NCBI GenBank assembly: GCA_963764725.1
Contig: CAVXTM010000012.1
Coordinates: 1 to 64,000, forward strand
Source of the DNA: an uncultured Gammaproteobacteria bacterium
Lineage (GTDB): Bacteria > Pseudomonadota > Gammaproteobacteria > JACCXJ01
Direction of reading: 5' to 3'
DNA: 64,000 nt
The notes under the pieces were generated by a model. The model searched no databases. It was not told the origin of the DNA and was given only the letters and a program-made list of their open reading frames with translations. Positions 20,582 to 31,246 of the stretch are shown piece by piece. Position numbers and translations under genes: made by a program. Position 1 is the first letter of the stretch. Every line of letters begins with the position of its first letter.

Positions 20582-21060
20582 TCGCGAAAATTATTGAACT
20601 GCAAGGGCAGGTCGAGTTTCGCCTTGCGCAGAAACGCGATTGCTTCTTGTAAATCGTCGCGTTGCTTGCCCGTAACGCGCACCTTCTCGCCTTGGATCTG
20701 AGTTTGGACCTTGAGCTTGGCCTCTTTGAGAAGCTTGGTCACCTTCTTCCCCGTCTCGGTATCGATGCCGTGGCGGAGGATCACCAACTGCTTTGCCGCC
20801 GCAAGGTTTACTTCCGGGTCCTTGACTTCGAGGCAGGCAATGTCGATGCCGCGTTTGGCGATTTTAAGTTTCAAAATCTCGAGCATTTGTTTGAGCTGAA
20901 AATCCGACTCCGCGGTTACGGTCACCGTCGTGTCGTCCAGCTCATAGTTTGCCTTCGTGCCTTTGAAGTCGAAGCGCAGCCAAAGCTCGCGGTTCGCTTG
21001 ATCCACGGCATTGGTGAGCTCGTGACCATCGATTTCGGACACCACGTCGAAAGAGGGCAT
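20578..21060 (-). CDS. yajQ: YajQ cyclic di-GMP-binding protein
   Basis: [25 protein letters not shown] and LQFNNFRD. Confidence 0.97.
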   Translation of the reverse strand: MPSFDVVSEIDGHELTNAVDQANRELWLRFDFKGTKANYELDDTTVTVTAESDFQLKQMLEILKLKIAKRGIDIACLEVKDPEVNLAAAKQLVILRHGIDTETGKKVTKLLKEAKLKVQTQIQGEKVRVTGKQRDDLQEAIAFLRKAKLDLPLQFNNFRD

Positions 21061-21114
21061 ATCAGATTTCCATTAGGGAACTGGGAGACATTCATCCAAG
21101 ACTGTTATAGACTG

Positions 21115-22140
21115 TTATCCAATACCGCCGTTAATGCCAATCACCTGGCCGGAAATATAGCTTGCGTGCTCCGAAGCCAGAAACGCGATCAAGTGGGCCA
21201 CCTCTTGGGGTGTGCCGGCGCGTTTCATCGGCACTAAGGCTTCGATCTGCGCGGGTTTGAAGGCACGTTCGATCATCGGCGAGGCGATGATCAGGACGTC
21301 ACCGGCATATGCATTGGCACTAAACCCGAAAAACCACCCGGCAACGACCCCGGTGGCAATCCCACCGACCAATCCGCCAAGAACACCGCCAATTGGGTCG
21401 GCGAACTTCCACAATCGAGATTTCCCACGCTTCCCGACTGTACGGAGCCACGAAACTATTCCCATCACCCAGGCTCCCAAAGCGCCCCAATAGATGGAGC
21501 TAAAGAGACAAACCCAGCTTACTAATGCCGGCGTGACCTTTGGATCGAGCGCCCGGTACTGGAAGTAATAGGTCACTCCGATGATCAGACCGGCAACCAA
21601 CCCACCCAGGCAGCCACCCATCAGCCCGCCAATGATCGGACGAAAAGAACCCAGTCCGTTGAGTGTGGGCGTAAAGCGGATGTCGCTCTGTACATCGAGA
21701 TGCGATAGAGATCTGCTAATTGTATTCTGCTCCGCGGATGTGTAGTCCTGCACACGTGCCGTGATCTCGCTCAGTAAGCTCTTTAATTCCGGGTGTTCCC
21801 GCTCGCCGTGCCAATCTACAAGGTTCACGGTGTGTAGCTGGCCGAATCCGAGTGGTATCTCCACCGCATCGATCAAAGCTGGCACCAGAACCTCCCGATT
21901 CTTGCCTACCTCAGCTTCATCCCGCACCCAACCAGATCCACGGGAAGCCTTGGACCAAAGCACGACCACGCACTTCGCCACCGAAAGGGCTGCCTGAATC
22001 TCCTCTTCCAGGTCGTGCCCAGGGCGAAGTTTGGGGTCCCACCAAACTGTCAACCCCGCGTCCATGAGCACTTTAGCAAGGCACTTGGCACGTGTCCGGT
22101 CTTCTCTAGCGTAACTAATGAAAACGTCGCTCATGATCAC
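21115..22140 (-). CDS. Chimeric ORF: TIR domain + Gly-rich TM helices fused in frame to a FabG C-terminus
   Basis: DVFISYAREDR..VWWD..SGWVRDEA (TIR); the last ~58 aa (IIASPM..VPMKRAGTPQEVAHLIAFLAS..YISGQVIGINGG) are an SDR/FabG tail. Confidence 0.8.
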   Translation of the reverse strand: MIMSDVFISYAREDRTRAKCLAKVLMDAGLTVWWDPKLRPGHDLEEEIQAALSVAKCVVVLWSKASRGSGWVRDEAEVGKNREVLVPALIDAVEIPLGFGQLHTVNLVDWHGEREHPELKSLLSEITARVQDYTSAEQNTISRSLSHLDVQSDIRFTPTLNGLGSFRPIIGGLMGGCLGGLVAGLIIGVTYYFQYRALDPKVTPALVSWVCLFSSIYWGALGAWVMGIVSWLRTVGKRGKSRLWKFADPIGGVLGGLVGGIATGVVAGWFFGFSANAYAGDVLIIASPMIERAFKPAQIEALVPMKRAGTPQEVAHLIAFLASEHASYISGQVIGINGGIG

Positions 22141-22226
22141 CAGTGAAGCTTGATGTTGAAGGGCAATAAAGTGGCTAGCTCAAAAAAGTTATATAGAAAC
22201 TATCTCCCCGACCGGTCACCGTTCCC

Positions 22227-23132
22227 CTAAGCCTCTGTGAAGTAGTCGGAGTCGATCTTCTTAATCTCGTAGGAGGCGACCGATGAAACACCGACACTAT
22301 GATCGATCATCAGCTGCGCGAGTAACTCTCCGTCAATCAGGATGATCTTGCTGTCAATCCGGGAAACGTATTCCTCCGCATCCTTGGAAAAGCATGATGT
22401 CGTAATTAAGATGCCCTTTCTCGCGCGATGGCCTTGTAGCGCCCCCGCAAACTTCTGAACCTCAGGGCGTCCGACCACCCCATCCCAGCGTTTCGCCTGG
22501 ATATAGATGATGTCCAAGCCAAGCCGGTCTTCCTTGATAATACCGTCTATTCCATCATCGCCACTTCTTCCGACTGCTCTTCCCGCATCCTGCCGAGTAC
22601 CGCCGTATCCCATCTTCACGAGCACATCCACAACCAGACGCTCAAAGAACGCGGGCGAACAGCTCTTAACAGTTTGGAGGATTTCGGCAACCAAACTCTG
22701 CCTGACCTTTTGGTAAGCGGTTTCTAACGATTCCTCAGGGGTTTCCTTGGATGGCTCTAACGCTTCCTCTGAGGGCGCCGGCTCCCTTCGAAGAGAACGG
22801 AACTCCACGAACTCGGAAAATTGTTCTAGGAACGAGACATTAATCTTTGGAGGATTCTTCTCCAGAACCTGAAGTCCGCGCGGGGTTATGCGGAAATAGC
22901 CTCGTCGGGGTGATTCCAAAAGACCGGCCTTTTTCATATAGGTGCGAGCCCAGCCGACACGGTTATCGAAAGTCGGCTGCCGGCCGCTGGGCAGTAATTC
23001 CTTTTGCTCTTCTTCAGTGAGTCGAAATTCAGCCACCAAGACCTCAATGGCCTCCCGAAGAGAATGCTCCTGCATGTCGCCAGCCAAGCGGAGTAGCGGC
23101 AACATGATGGATTCGTAGTCTGGAATGGCCAT
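22227..23132 (-). CDS. mrr: Mrr type IV restriction endonuclease
   Basis: MAIPDY, NRVGWARTYMKKAGL, DDGIDGII..DRLGLD.IYIQAKRW and IDSDYF. Confidence 0.95.
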   Translation of the reverse strand: MAIPDYESIMLPLLRLAGDMQEHSLREAIEVLVAEFRLTEEEQKELLPSGRQPTFDNRVGWARTYMKKAGLLESPRRGYFRITPRGLQVLEKNPPKINVSFLEQFSEFVEFRSLRREPAPSEEALEPSKETPEESLETAYQKVRQSLVAEILQTVKSCSPAFFERLVVDVLVKMGYGGTRQDAGRAVGRSGDDGIDGIIKEDRLGLDIIYIQAKRWDGVVGRPEVQKFAGALQGHRARKGILITTSCFSKDAEEYVSRIDSKIILIDGELLAQLMIDHSVGVSSVASYEIKKIDSDYFTEA

Positions 23133-23358
23133 TGTTGGTCCTTATTGCGTAGTCCTTTTGTTCTTCGGCAGCTCACCGGAAATAGACACCCGGTGCCTAG
23201 CCCAAATAACGGAAAGGTACCCCCCCTCCCGACAATCTTATAACCCGCTGATAAGCGTACAACATACCTTAACGCGCGAGCGGGCAACAAGGCGGATCGG
23301 TTGCGCGATAGTCGTTTGGGGTTTCTTTTGGCCAGCGACCGGCCTAGCCCCAATCATG

Positions 23359-25752
23359 CTACTGGGTGATCTTCGGTTCTGTTGTCTCCTTGACCGGGGG
23401 CTGCTCGCGGGCAAGATAAAGCCAGGTCTCGACCACCGTGTCGGGGTTGAGCGAAATGCTTTCGATTTCCTGATTGACCAACCAGCGGGCGAAATCGGGG
23501 TGATCGGAAGGGCCCTGCCCGCAGATCCCGATATACTTACCGGCGTCGCGGCATGCTTTGATGGCCATGGAAAGCAAGGCCTTGACTGCGGGGTTGCGTT
23601 CATCGAAGGCAGCGGCGACCAGCCCCGAATCACGATCGACACCGAGGGTCAGTTGGGTGAGGTCGTTCGATCCGATCGAGAAGCCGTCGAAATACTCCAA
23701 GAACTCCGTGGCCAGCAGGCAGTTGGACGGGATCTCACACATCATAATAACGCGTAATCCCTCGCGGCCGCGCTCGAGGCCGTACTGTTTTAAGAGCTCC
23801 GTGACCGCACGTGCCTCCTCGGCCGTCCGCACGAACGGCACCATCGCCTCGACGTTAGTCAGCCCCATCTCCGTGCGCACCTTGCGAAGGGCGGCGCATT
23901 CAAGCTCGAAGCAGTCGCGGAAGGTATCGGCGATATAGCGCGAAGCCCCTCTGAATCCGAGCATGGGATTCTCTTCCGCCGGCTCGAAATGCTCGCCCCC
24001 TAAAAGGCTACGATATTCGTTGGATTTAAAATCCGAAAGCCGGACGATGACCGGTTTCGGGGCAAACGCAGCCGCCAGCACGGCGACGCCTTCGGCCAGC
24101 TTGTCCACGAAAAAGCTTACCGGGTCCGGGTAAGCCTGCGTACGCAAGGCTATCCTCTCCTGCAGCGGGCGAGGCATCCGATCGAATTGGAGCAATGCCT
24201 GCGGATGAATGCCGATCATGCGGTTGATGATAAATTCCAGCCGTGCGAGCCCGATCCCCTGATTCGGGATCGCAGCGCACTCGAAGGCCCGGTCGGGATT
24301 AGCGACATTCATCATGATCTTCACCGGCAGCGCTGGCATCGTCTCGAGCTTTACCACACTGCGCTCGAACGCAAGCTTGCCGTCGTAGACGAACCCCTCC
24401 TCCCCCTCCGCGCAAGAGACCGTCACCTCGCGCCCCTCGCCGATACACTCGGTCGCATTGTTGGTCCCGACCACGGCCGGCACACCCAGCTCGCGGGCGA
24501 CGATAGCGGCGTGACAGGTCCGCCCGCCGCGGTTGGTGACGATCGCCGCGGCCCGCTTCATGACAGGTTCCCAATCGGGATCGGTCATGTCCGCGACCAG
24601 CACCTCGCCGGCCTGAAAGCGTGGCATGTCGTCCACGCCGGCGATGACACGGGCGCGACCCGCCCCGATGCGTTGCCCGATGCTCCGGCCGCTCACCAGC
24701 ACTGCCGCTCTCTCCTGCAGGGAATACCGTTCCAGCGATTGAACGGGACCTCGGCTTTTCACCGTTTCCGGGCGTGCTTGAAGGATATACAAATGGCCGT
24801 CGCTGCCATCCTTGGCCCATTCAATATCCATCGGGCAACCGTAATGCGCTTCGATCCGCAGGGCGTAGCGGGCCAGATCATGGATCTCTCGATCGCTCAA
24901 CGCGAAGCGGCGGCGTTCCGGTACGGCGACTTCCACGATGCGCGTAGGTTCGTCGTCTCCCAAGATCATCTTGATGGCTTTATCCCCGAGGTTGCGCCGG
25001 AGAATAGCGGGCCGGCCTGCTTTGAGGCCCGGTTTGTAGACATAGAATTCATCCGGGTTCACCGCGCCCTGCACCAGCGTCTCGCCCAGACCATAGACCG
25101 CGGTGATCAAAACGACGTCGCGAAATCCCGACTCGGTATCCAGCGTAAAAATCACTCCGCTGGCCCCCAGATCACTGCGCACCATCCTTTGGATCCCGGC
25201 CGAGAGCGCCACCTGCTGGTGATCGAACCCATGATGCGCCCGGTAGGCGATCGCGCGGTCGTTATACAAGGAGGCGAATACCCGCTTGACGGCATGCAGG
25301 ACATTACCGAGACCTCGAACGTTGAGATAGGTCTCCTGCTGGCCCGCGAACGAGGCCTCGGGCAGATCTTCCGCCGTAGCGGAGGACCGCACCGCGACCG
25401 GTGTGGCGCCTGGTAATTCCCCATACGCAGCGCCGATCGCCTGTTCCAGGTTTTGCGCAAACGGCGCCTCCAACACCCATTGGCGGATAGCAGCGCCGGT
25501 CTTGGCGAGTGCGCTAACGTCGTTCACGTCCAGTGCGCCCAAGGCGGCCCGAATGCGCTCATCGAGCCCGCCGCCGGCTAAAAACTCCCGGAAAGCGGCC
25601 GCGGTCGTCGCGAAACCGGAGGGAACGCGAATCCCTGTTTCCGGAAGCTTGGCGATCATCTCTCCGAGCGAGGCGTTTTTTCCCCCGACCTCCGCGACAT
25701 CCGCCATGCTCAGCGTCGCAAAACCGACGACGTAAGGTTGCACCCCTATCAT
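23359..25752 (-). CDS. ppsA: Phosphoenolpyruvate synthase
   Basis: [30 protein letters not shown] (phospho-His) and [10 protein letters not shown]. Confidence 0.98.
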   Translation of the reverse strand: MIGVQPYVVGFATLSMADVAEVGGKNASLGEMIAKLPETGIRVPSGFATTAAAFREFLAGGGLDERIRAALGALDVNDVSALAKTGAAIRQWVLEAPFAQNLEQAIGAAYGELPGATPVAVRSSATAEDLPEASFAGQQETYLNVRGLGNVLHAVKRVFASLYNDRAIAYRAHHGFDHQQVALSAGIQRMVRSDLGASGVIFTLDTESGFRDVVLITAVYGLGETLVQGAVNPDEFYVYKPGLKAGRPAILRRNLGDKAIKMILGDDEPTRIVEVAVPERRRFALSDREIHDLARYALRIEAHYGCPMDIEWAKDGSDGHLYILQARPETVKSRGPVQSLERYSLQERAAVLVSGRSIGQRIGAGRARVIAGVDDMPRFQAGEVLVADMTDPDWEPVMKRAAAIVTNRGGRTCHAAIVARELGVPAVVGTNNATECIGEGREVTVSCAEGEEGFVYDGKLAFERSVVKLETMPALPVKIMMNVANPDRAFECAAIPNQGIGLARLEFIINRMIGIHPQALLQFDRMPRPLQERIALRTQAYPDPVSFFVDKLAEGVAVLAAAFAPKPVIVRLSDFKSNEYRSLLGGEHFEPAEENPMLGFRGASRYIADTFRDCFELECAALRKVRTEMGLTNVEAMVPFVRTAEEARAVTELLKQYGLERGREGLRVIMMCEIPSNCLLATEFLEYFDGFSIGSNDLTQLTLGVDRDSGLVAAAFDERNPAVKALLSMAIKACRDAGKYIGICGQGPSDHPDFARWLVNQEIESISLNPDTVVETWLYLAREQPPVKETTEPKITQ

Positions 25753-25789
25753 CTCCTCACCGTTTCGATTCTAATACTATAGGATCTGT

Positions 25790-26608
25790 ATGCGGCGCAC
25801 GGTATTCTTCATTTCCGACAGCACGGGAATCACCGCTGAGACCCTCGGCAATAGCCTTTTGACCCAGTTCGACGGTCTTGATTTCAAGCGTATCACACTC
25901 CCCTTCGTCGATAACCAGGAAACCGCCCGATCGGCGCTCTCGATGATCGAAACCGCCGCGGCGCAAGATGGAGCGCGTCCGCTGGTATTTGCAACGATGG
26001 CCGACCCTGATCTGCTTGATTTTTTCACTCGCGGCCGGGCCTTGGTATTGGATTTGTTTCGCGTCTTCATCGGCCCCCTGGAGGCCGAGCTCGGCCGCGC
26101 GTCGAGCCACGCCAAGGGCCGTTTCCATGGAATGGCCAATAACAGCACCTATGACGTGCGCATGGACACGCTGAATTTTGCCCTCACCCACGATGACGGC
26201 ATGTCCACGGCGCGTTACCCGCAAGCGGATCTCGTCTTGCTCGGCGTCTCGCGTGCCGGTAAAACACCCACATGCATCTATCTCGCAATGCAATTCGGCG
26301 TGCGCGCCGCGAATTACCCGCTCACGGAGGAAGAGCTAACGCGGCAAAGTCTCCCCAAGGCCTTGGTTTCGATTCGCCCGCGGCTTTATGGCCTGACCAT
26401 CGATCCCGACCGGCTCCATCGCATCCGCTCCGAGCGCCGCCGGCATAGCGCCTATGCGTCGCTCAATCAATGCCGCAAGGAGATCACCGACGCCGAAGCG
26501 CTGTTCCGTAGCGAACGTATTCGGTCGTTGAATGTGACCTCCATGTCGATCGAGGAGATCGGCTCGCATCTCTTGCAAGAGATGGGCTTAGAGCGGCATT
26601 CATTCTAA
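25790..26608 (+). CDS. ppsR: PEP synthase regulatory kinase/pyrophosphorylase
   Basis: [14 protein letters not shown] and [10 protein letters not shown]; divergent from ppsA. Confidence 0.95.
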   Translation: MRRTVFFISDSTGITAETLGNSLLTQFDGLDFKRITLPFVDNQETARSALSMIETAAAQDGARPLVFATMADPDLLDFFTRGRALVLDLFRVFIGPLEAELGRASSHAKGRFHGMANNSTYDVRMDTLNFALTHDDGMSTARYPQADLVLLGVSRAGKTPTCIYLAMQFGVRAANYPLTEEELTRQSLPKALVSIRPRLYGLTIDPDRLHRIRSERRRHSAYASLNQCRKEITDAEALFRSERIRSLNVTSMSIEEIGSHLLQEMGLERHSF

Positions 26609-26624
26609 TGCTTGCTTGAAACAC

Positions 26625-26752
26625 GACCGAGGTAATAAATCCACAGCTATTGACGACCACGACATCGGCATGCTCGTAACTCGGACCGATGGCATAACCT
26701 TCGAGCCGCAACCGTGTGAGGGTGCGCCGAATCCACCAAGGCTTTCACAACC
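26625..26752 (-). pseudogene. rimO: RimO (S12 methylthiotransferase) N-terminal relic
   Basis: Frameshifted [33 protein letters not shown] matches RimO GCPKALVDSE..ADxVxVNTCGFI. Confidence 0.75.
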
Positions 26753-26982
26753 CGTGTCGCGACATCCGGCGAGATTTGTTATCCTAGACCGACCGTGGAT
26801 GGTTTCAGCACATTTAGGGAAGCTCTGCAAAAGTTACTGCGCAGCCCATCTGCTTTGGCGCGTGCTCGCTCATCGCTTGCCTATCTACCTGATATGTCTC
26901 GCGACTCGCTCCGCGGCTTCGCGCATATGGGCTTGCTCGCGACACTTTTGCAGAGCTTCCTTAGCTTACTTAGCGGGTTCTT

Positions 26983-27915
26983 ATGAGGCCCGCGAAAGCT
27001 TTTCTTACCGTCGTGTTCGCCGATATCAGCGGCAGCGCCGAGCTGTATCGCGTGCTCGGGGACGCAGAGGCGCGTATAAAAATCGCCGAATACCTCGATC
27101 TACTGACGGCGATCTCGGCGCAGTACCAGGGTAGCATGATCAAAACCATCGGCGACGAGATCCTCTGCACCTATCCGAAGCCCGATGCGGCGATGACCGC
27201 CGCCGGCGCGATGCACCGCTGCTTTGAAGCCAAGAACGTGATCCTCAACGGGGGCCTTACGGTCGATAGCGCCTTGCGGATAGGAATGCATTATGGGCCG
27301 GTGATTCGTGACGGCAGTGATATCTTCGGGCGTGCCGTTAACACCGCCGCACGCATGGTCGCTATGGCTAAGTCGAAACAGACCCTCAGCACGCACCGTA
27401 CGGTGACGCAGCTCACTCCGCTCAATCGCTCGCTAACGCGCTTGGTCGATCGGGTATCGGTCAAAGGGCTACGCGAGCCTATCGATGTCTTCGAAGTGAT
27501 CTGGAAAGAGGATGAGATGACCCATAGTTCGAGCAACATCCCGGCCGATATCCTTGCCACGACCGGCCCCGAGGTTTCGCTCTTATTACGCCACCGGGAC
27601 TGCGAGCTCAAACTAAACGGCCGGCTTCCGTTCGTGATCATAGGCCGAAGCACCACTTGCGATCTGATCGTCGAGGATAAAATGGTGTCGAGGCAGCACT
27701 TGCGCATCGAGTTTCGCCGCGGCAAGTTTTACGCAATCGACTACAGCACCAACGGAACGTTTATCAGGACCAGCGCCGGCGAGGAGCTGTTTATCCGGCA
27801 CGAGGAATCGCCGCTTTGTAGCTCGGGGCAACTGCGGCTTGGGCGCTCTTTTGGCGAGCCTGCCGATCACATGGTTCATTTCGAAACAAAAGGGCAGCTT
27901 GGTTTATTTAATTAA
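26983..27915 (+). CDS. Class III adenylate cyclase with C-terminal FHA domain
   Basis: FADISGS, KTIGDE and DIFG.AVNTAAR; FHA motifs IGRS..CDL..VSRQH..STNGT. Confidence 0.9.
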   Translation: MRPAKAFLTVVFADISGSAELYRVLGDAEARIKIAEYLDLLTAISAQYQGSMIKTIGDEILCTYPKPDAAMTAAGAMHRCFEAKNVILNGGLTVDSALRIGMHYGPVIRDGSDIFGRAVNTAARMVAMAKSKQTLSTHRTVTQLTPLNRSLTRLVDRVSVKGLREPIDVFEVIWKEDEMTHSSSNIPADILATTGPEVSLLLRHRDCELKLNGRLPFVIIGRSTTCDLIVEDKMVSRQHLRIEFRRGKFYAIDYSTNGTFIRTSAGEELFIRHEESPLCSSGQLRLGRSFGEPADHMVHFETKGQLGLFN

Positions 27916-27974
27916 GCGTCGGATGCGCTATCGCGGGATAATGAGTTTGTTCCTTCTAAGGGACTAATTGCACT

Positions 27975-28784
27975 GTGCCCACGGACCTCGCTTGGACGTC
28001 GAGCGCGTGCTCCCACATAGGGAAAGTGCGCAAGATCAACGAAGACGCCTACCTCGATAAGGCGCATGCCGGCCTATGGGTGGTCGCGGACGGCATGGGG
28101 GGACACGCGGCGGGAGACCAGGCGAGCAGGTCGATCGTCGCCGCCCTCGGCGGCGTGTCTCCCGCACCCACGCTCGGAGATTTCGTGGACCGCGTGCGCG
28201 ACTGTCTGCAACAGGTCAATCAAGAGCTCGTCGCGATGGGCGCCGAGAAACATCGCATCACGGGCAGCACGGTGGTGGCGCTCCTGGCGCACGGGCCCGG
28301 TTGCGCGATTCTGTGGGCGGGCGATAGCCGCGCGTATCTATTACGCGATGGCGCGCTGCGGCAGTTGACCGCCGACCATTCGCAGATCGACCTGTACGTC
28401 AGGTTGGGTCTGATTGCCCGTGATCAAGCCGCAAACCATCCCTTGTCGAATATCGTGACTCGCGCCGTGGGAATTCATGAAGCATTGGATCTCGATCGCG
28501 ACACGATCGAGGTCCACGCCGGCGATCGTTTTCTATTGTGCTCGGATGGCCTCTATCGACACCTGACCCACGAAGAGATCGCCAGCCTGCTTAGGACAGG
28601 TTCCGCCGGCAGCGCTGCCCAGAACTTGGTCGATCTCACGCTGGACAGAGGTGCTTTCGACAACGTGACCGTGGTGCTCATCGATGTGGCCGATGCGCGC
28701 CACGCGGAAGACTCGGCACCTCATCCGGATGATACACAGCCGGGCCTAAGCATGAGCGAAGGCGCGGGCCAAGCATTCCGTTAA
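27975..28784 (+). CDS. PP2C/PPM Ser/Thr phosphatase
   Basis: RKINED, VADGMGGH, AGDSRAY, LCSDGL and DNVT. Confidence 0.95.
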   Translation: MPTDLAWTSSACSHIGKVRKINEDAYLDKAHAGLWVVADGMGGHAAGDQASRSIVAALGGVSPAPTLGDFVDRVRDCLQQVNQELVAMGAEKHRITGSTVVALLAHGPGCAILWAGDSRAYLLRDGALRQLTADHSQIDLYVRLGLIARDQAANHPLSNIVTRAVGIHEALDLDRDTIEVHAGDRFLLCSDGLYRHLTHEEIASLLRTGSAGSAAQNLVDLTLDRGAFDNVTVVLIDVADARHAEDSAPHPDDTQPGLSMSEGAGQAFR

Positions 28785-28789
28785 TTTTA

Positions 28790-29491
28790 ATGCTCGAACG
28801 AAACATCGATCCGCAGGAACTGGGAAAGTTCGAATCGTTGGCGTCTCGATGGTGGGACCCCGATGGCGATCTTCATACCCTGCATGATATCAACCCCACG
28901 CGCTTGCGCTACATCAACGACCGCGCACCCCTCGCCGGGAAAAAGGTCTTGGATGTGGGTTGTGGGGGCGGCATCCTGTCGGAGGCCATGGCCAGGCTGG
29001 GGGCGGAGGTGAGCGCGATCGACGCGAGCGAAGCGGCGATCCGAATCGCGACATTGCACGGGCTCAAGAGCCAGGTTGTGGTTGAGTACGCGGCCGCGAC
29101 GCCGGAAGAATTCGCCCGCGTGCACGCCGGGGAATACGATGTCGTCACCTGCTTGGAGCTGCTCGAGCACGTGCCGCAACCGGAGAATGTGATTCAAGCC
29201 TGCGCGCGCCTGGTCAAACCGAGCGGCCCGGTCTTTTTCTCCACGATCAACCGGACCGCCCGTGCTTATCTCATGGCGGTGATAGGCGCCGAGTATCTAC
29301 TGGGCTTGCTGCCGAGAGGAACCCACCAATACGCTCGCTTTATCCGCCCCTCGGAGTTGGCGCGCTGGGCGAGACGCCATGCGTTGACGCTCGCCGATCT
29401 CAAAGGATTCGCGTACAACCCCCTGACGCGCGAAGTTACGATCACCGATAACGTCGCCATCAACTATATCGCCTGTATGCTTGCTCCATGA
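28790..29491 (+). CDS. ubiG: Ubiquinone biosynthesis O-methyltransferase
   Basis: WWDPDG..LHDINP.RL, LDVGCGGGILSE, GAEY.L.LLP.GTH and FIRPSEL. Confidence 0.97.
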   Translation: MLERNIDPQELGKFESLASRWWDPDGDLHTLHDINPTRLRYINDRAPLAGKKVLDVGCGGGILSEAMARLGAEVSAIDASEAAIRIATLHGLKSQVVVEYAAATPEEFARVHAGEYDVVTCLELLEHVPQPENVIQACARLVKPSGPVFFSTINRTARAYLMAVIGAEYLLGLLPRGTHQYARFIRPSELARWARRHALTLADLKGFAYNPLTREVTITDNVAINYIACMLAP

Positions 29492-29502
29492 GAGGTCCGC
29501 CC

Positions 29503-30165
29503 ATGCAGGCGGTTTTATTTGACCTCGACGGGACCCTGGCCGATACGGCGCCCGATCTCGCCGTGGCCCTTAACAGACTGCGCGCGGAAGCAGGATTGGC
29601 TAGGCTGCCGCTCGACTCGATCCGGCCGAAGGTTTCTGGTGGCACCCCCGCCCTGCTTGGCCTGGCCTTTGATCGCATCGATTTACGAAGCGAGGAGTTT
29701 CAACGCTTACGCACGCGGTTTCTGGCGCTATACGGTGAGCGCGTGGCCGATCAAACACTTCTGTTCCCGGGCATGGAGGAGGTGCTGTCCTTCGTTGAAA
29801 CCGCCGAGCTCCCGTGGGGGGTGGTCACCAACAAACCGGGCTGGTTAACCCATCGCTTACTCGATGCCCTCGATCTCTCGACGCGCGCGCGCTGTATCGT
29901 CAGCGGCGACACGACGACTCATCGCAAACCGCATCCGGCCCCTTTGCTGTACGCCGCGGACCTCCTGTCCGTGAAAGCCGCGCAGTGCGCTTTCGCGGGC
30001 GATGCGAGGAACGATATCGTGGCCGGTCACAAAGCCGGCATGAAAACGCTGGTTGCCCGTTTCGGATATATCGATCCCGGCGAAGATACCTCGGCTTGGG
30101 GCGCCGACGGCGAAGCGCATGCGCCCGCCGACATCGTGCACTGGTTGCGATCTTGGACCGTGTGA
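29503..30165 (+). CDS. gph: HAD phosphatase (Gph/MupP-like)
   Basis: FDLDGTLADTAPD, VVTNKP, KPHPAP and GD..NDI.AG; canonical position after ubiG. Confidence 0.9.
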   Translation: MQAVLFDLDGTLADTAPDLAVALNRLRAEAGLARLPLDSIRPKVSGGTPALLGLAFDRIDLRSEEFQRLRTRFLALYGERVADQTLLFPGMEEVLSFVETAELPWGVVTNKPGWLTHRLLDALDLSTRARCIVSGDTTTHRKPHPAPLLYAADLLSVKAAQCAFAGDARNDIVAGHKAGMKTLVARFGYIDPGEDTSAWGADGEAHAPADIVHWLRSWTV

Positions 30166-30166
30166 G

Positions 30167-31042
30167 GTGGATGGCGCCGATCATTGCCGCGAACGAGTGG
30201 CGGTACCTGGTTCGAACTATTACTACAGCACCGTTTTTCTACCGGCGGAACGGCAAAGGCCGCTGCACGTAATTTTCGCATTCAAAGAGGAGCTGACAGC
30301 CATCCCGAAGACGTGCGCCGATCCGGGCGTGGCACGCTTGAAACTCGAGTGGTGGCGGCAGGAGCTCGCAGCGGTGTTTTCCGGGCGCCGCTCCGCGCAT
30401 CCGGTGGCGACCGCGCTTGCGGAACTGGCCGAGAGCGCGGCGGCGCCGAAAACCGAGATCTTCGCGACCATCGACGCCGTCGAACATGACATTGGCCCCC
30501 TCGCGTGCCCCACCTTCGCGGACCTCACGACGCACTTCGGCAGGGTTTACGGCGGATTTTGGCGCATCGCCGCCGGCATCGCCGGGTTCGATCATCGTGC
30601 TACGCCGGATCGCATCTCTGATCTCGGGAGCGCCATCGATCTGAGCCAGTCACTACAGGACTTGCGGATCGACGCCACCCGCGGCCGTGCCGTCCTGCCC
30701 GCTGCCGAGCTTAGCGCGCACGGGATCGATTCCCAAGATATGTGCGGCCCGCAAGCGCCAGGGCGCTTGCGCCCTATGCTTGCCGTACACATCGAGCGGC
30801 TCCGTGCCTTGCTCTCCGATGGCATCGCACGGGTGCCGACCCTCGATCGCATGCGCCAGTTGAACACCCTAGTTATGGCGAATTTGCTCTTGGTGATTCT
30901 AGAAGAGATAAAACGTGACGGCTATCGGGTGAGCGAGCATCGATTGGGGCTCACGCCTGTCCGTAAACTGCTGATCGCGTGGCGAACGAAGCGCCGCGCA
31001 CTTCGAACGTTGAATCCACCCTCGCTTGAGGGATGTTCGTAA
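30167..31042 (+). CDS. Squalene/phytoene synthase-like (HpnD-like) protein
   Basis: GSNYYYS..FLP, DPGVARLKLEWWR, HPV and LTPVRKL.IAW; GTG start inferred. Confidence 0.8.
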   Translation: MDGADHCRERVAVPGSNYYYSTVFLPAERQRPLHVIFAFKEELTAIPKTCADPGVARLKLEWWRQELAAVFSGRRSAHPVATALAELAESAAAPKTEIFATIDAVEHDIGPLACPTFADLTTHFGRVYGGFWRIAAGIAGFDHRATPDRISDLGSAIDLSQSLQDLRIDATRGRAVLPAAELSAHGIDSQDMCGPQAPGRLRPMLAVHIERLRALLSDGIARVPTLDRMRQLNTLVMANLLLVILEEIKRDGYRVSEHRLGLTPVRKLLIAWRTKRRALRTLNPPSLEGCS

Positions 31043-31044
31043 CG

Positions 31045-31235
31045 CATGCAGCTCTTGTCGAGGATGGCGCGGCGGATGCGCGGGAACCAATCTCGACATC
31101 GGGAAGAACGACGCATTCTTCCACCCTGGTTATACGACTCGATGCGAACATTGGAAAACAAGAGTGACCGGCACACCTGGGCCCCGGAGATGACACAGTG
31201 CACCCCGTACCTCTTAGGCCGGCGGGAAGATGCTT
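31045..31235 (-). pseudogene. glgC: GlgC (ADP-glucose pyrophosphorylase) C-terminal relic
   Basis: Split over frames: CVISGAQVCRSLLFSNVRIESY / VEECVVLPDVEIG / RIRRAILDKSC. Confidence 0.75.
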
Positions 31236-31246
31236 AAATCCCGATC

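Noticed and set aside
23165-23250. CGGTGAGCT upstream of both mrr and the 6698-8146 TIR gene as a cassette boundary
   Set aside because: A 9-bp match is too short to be significant and is not followed by a GTT crossover site.
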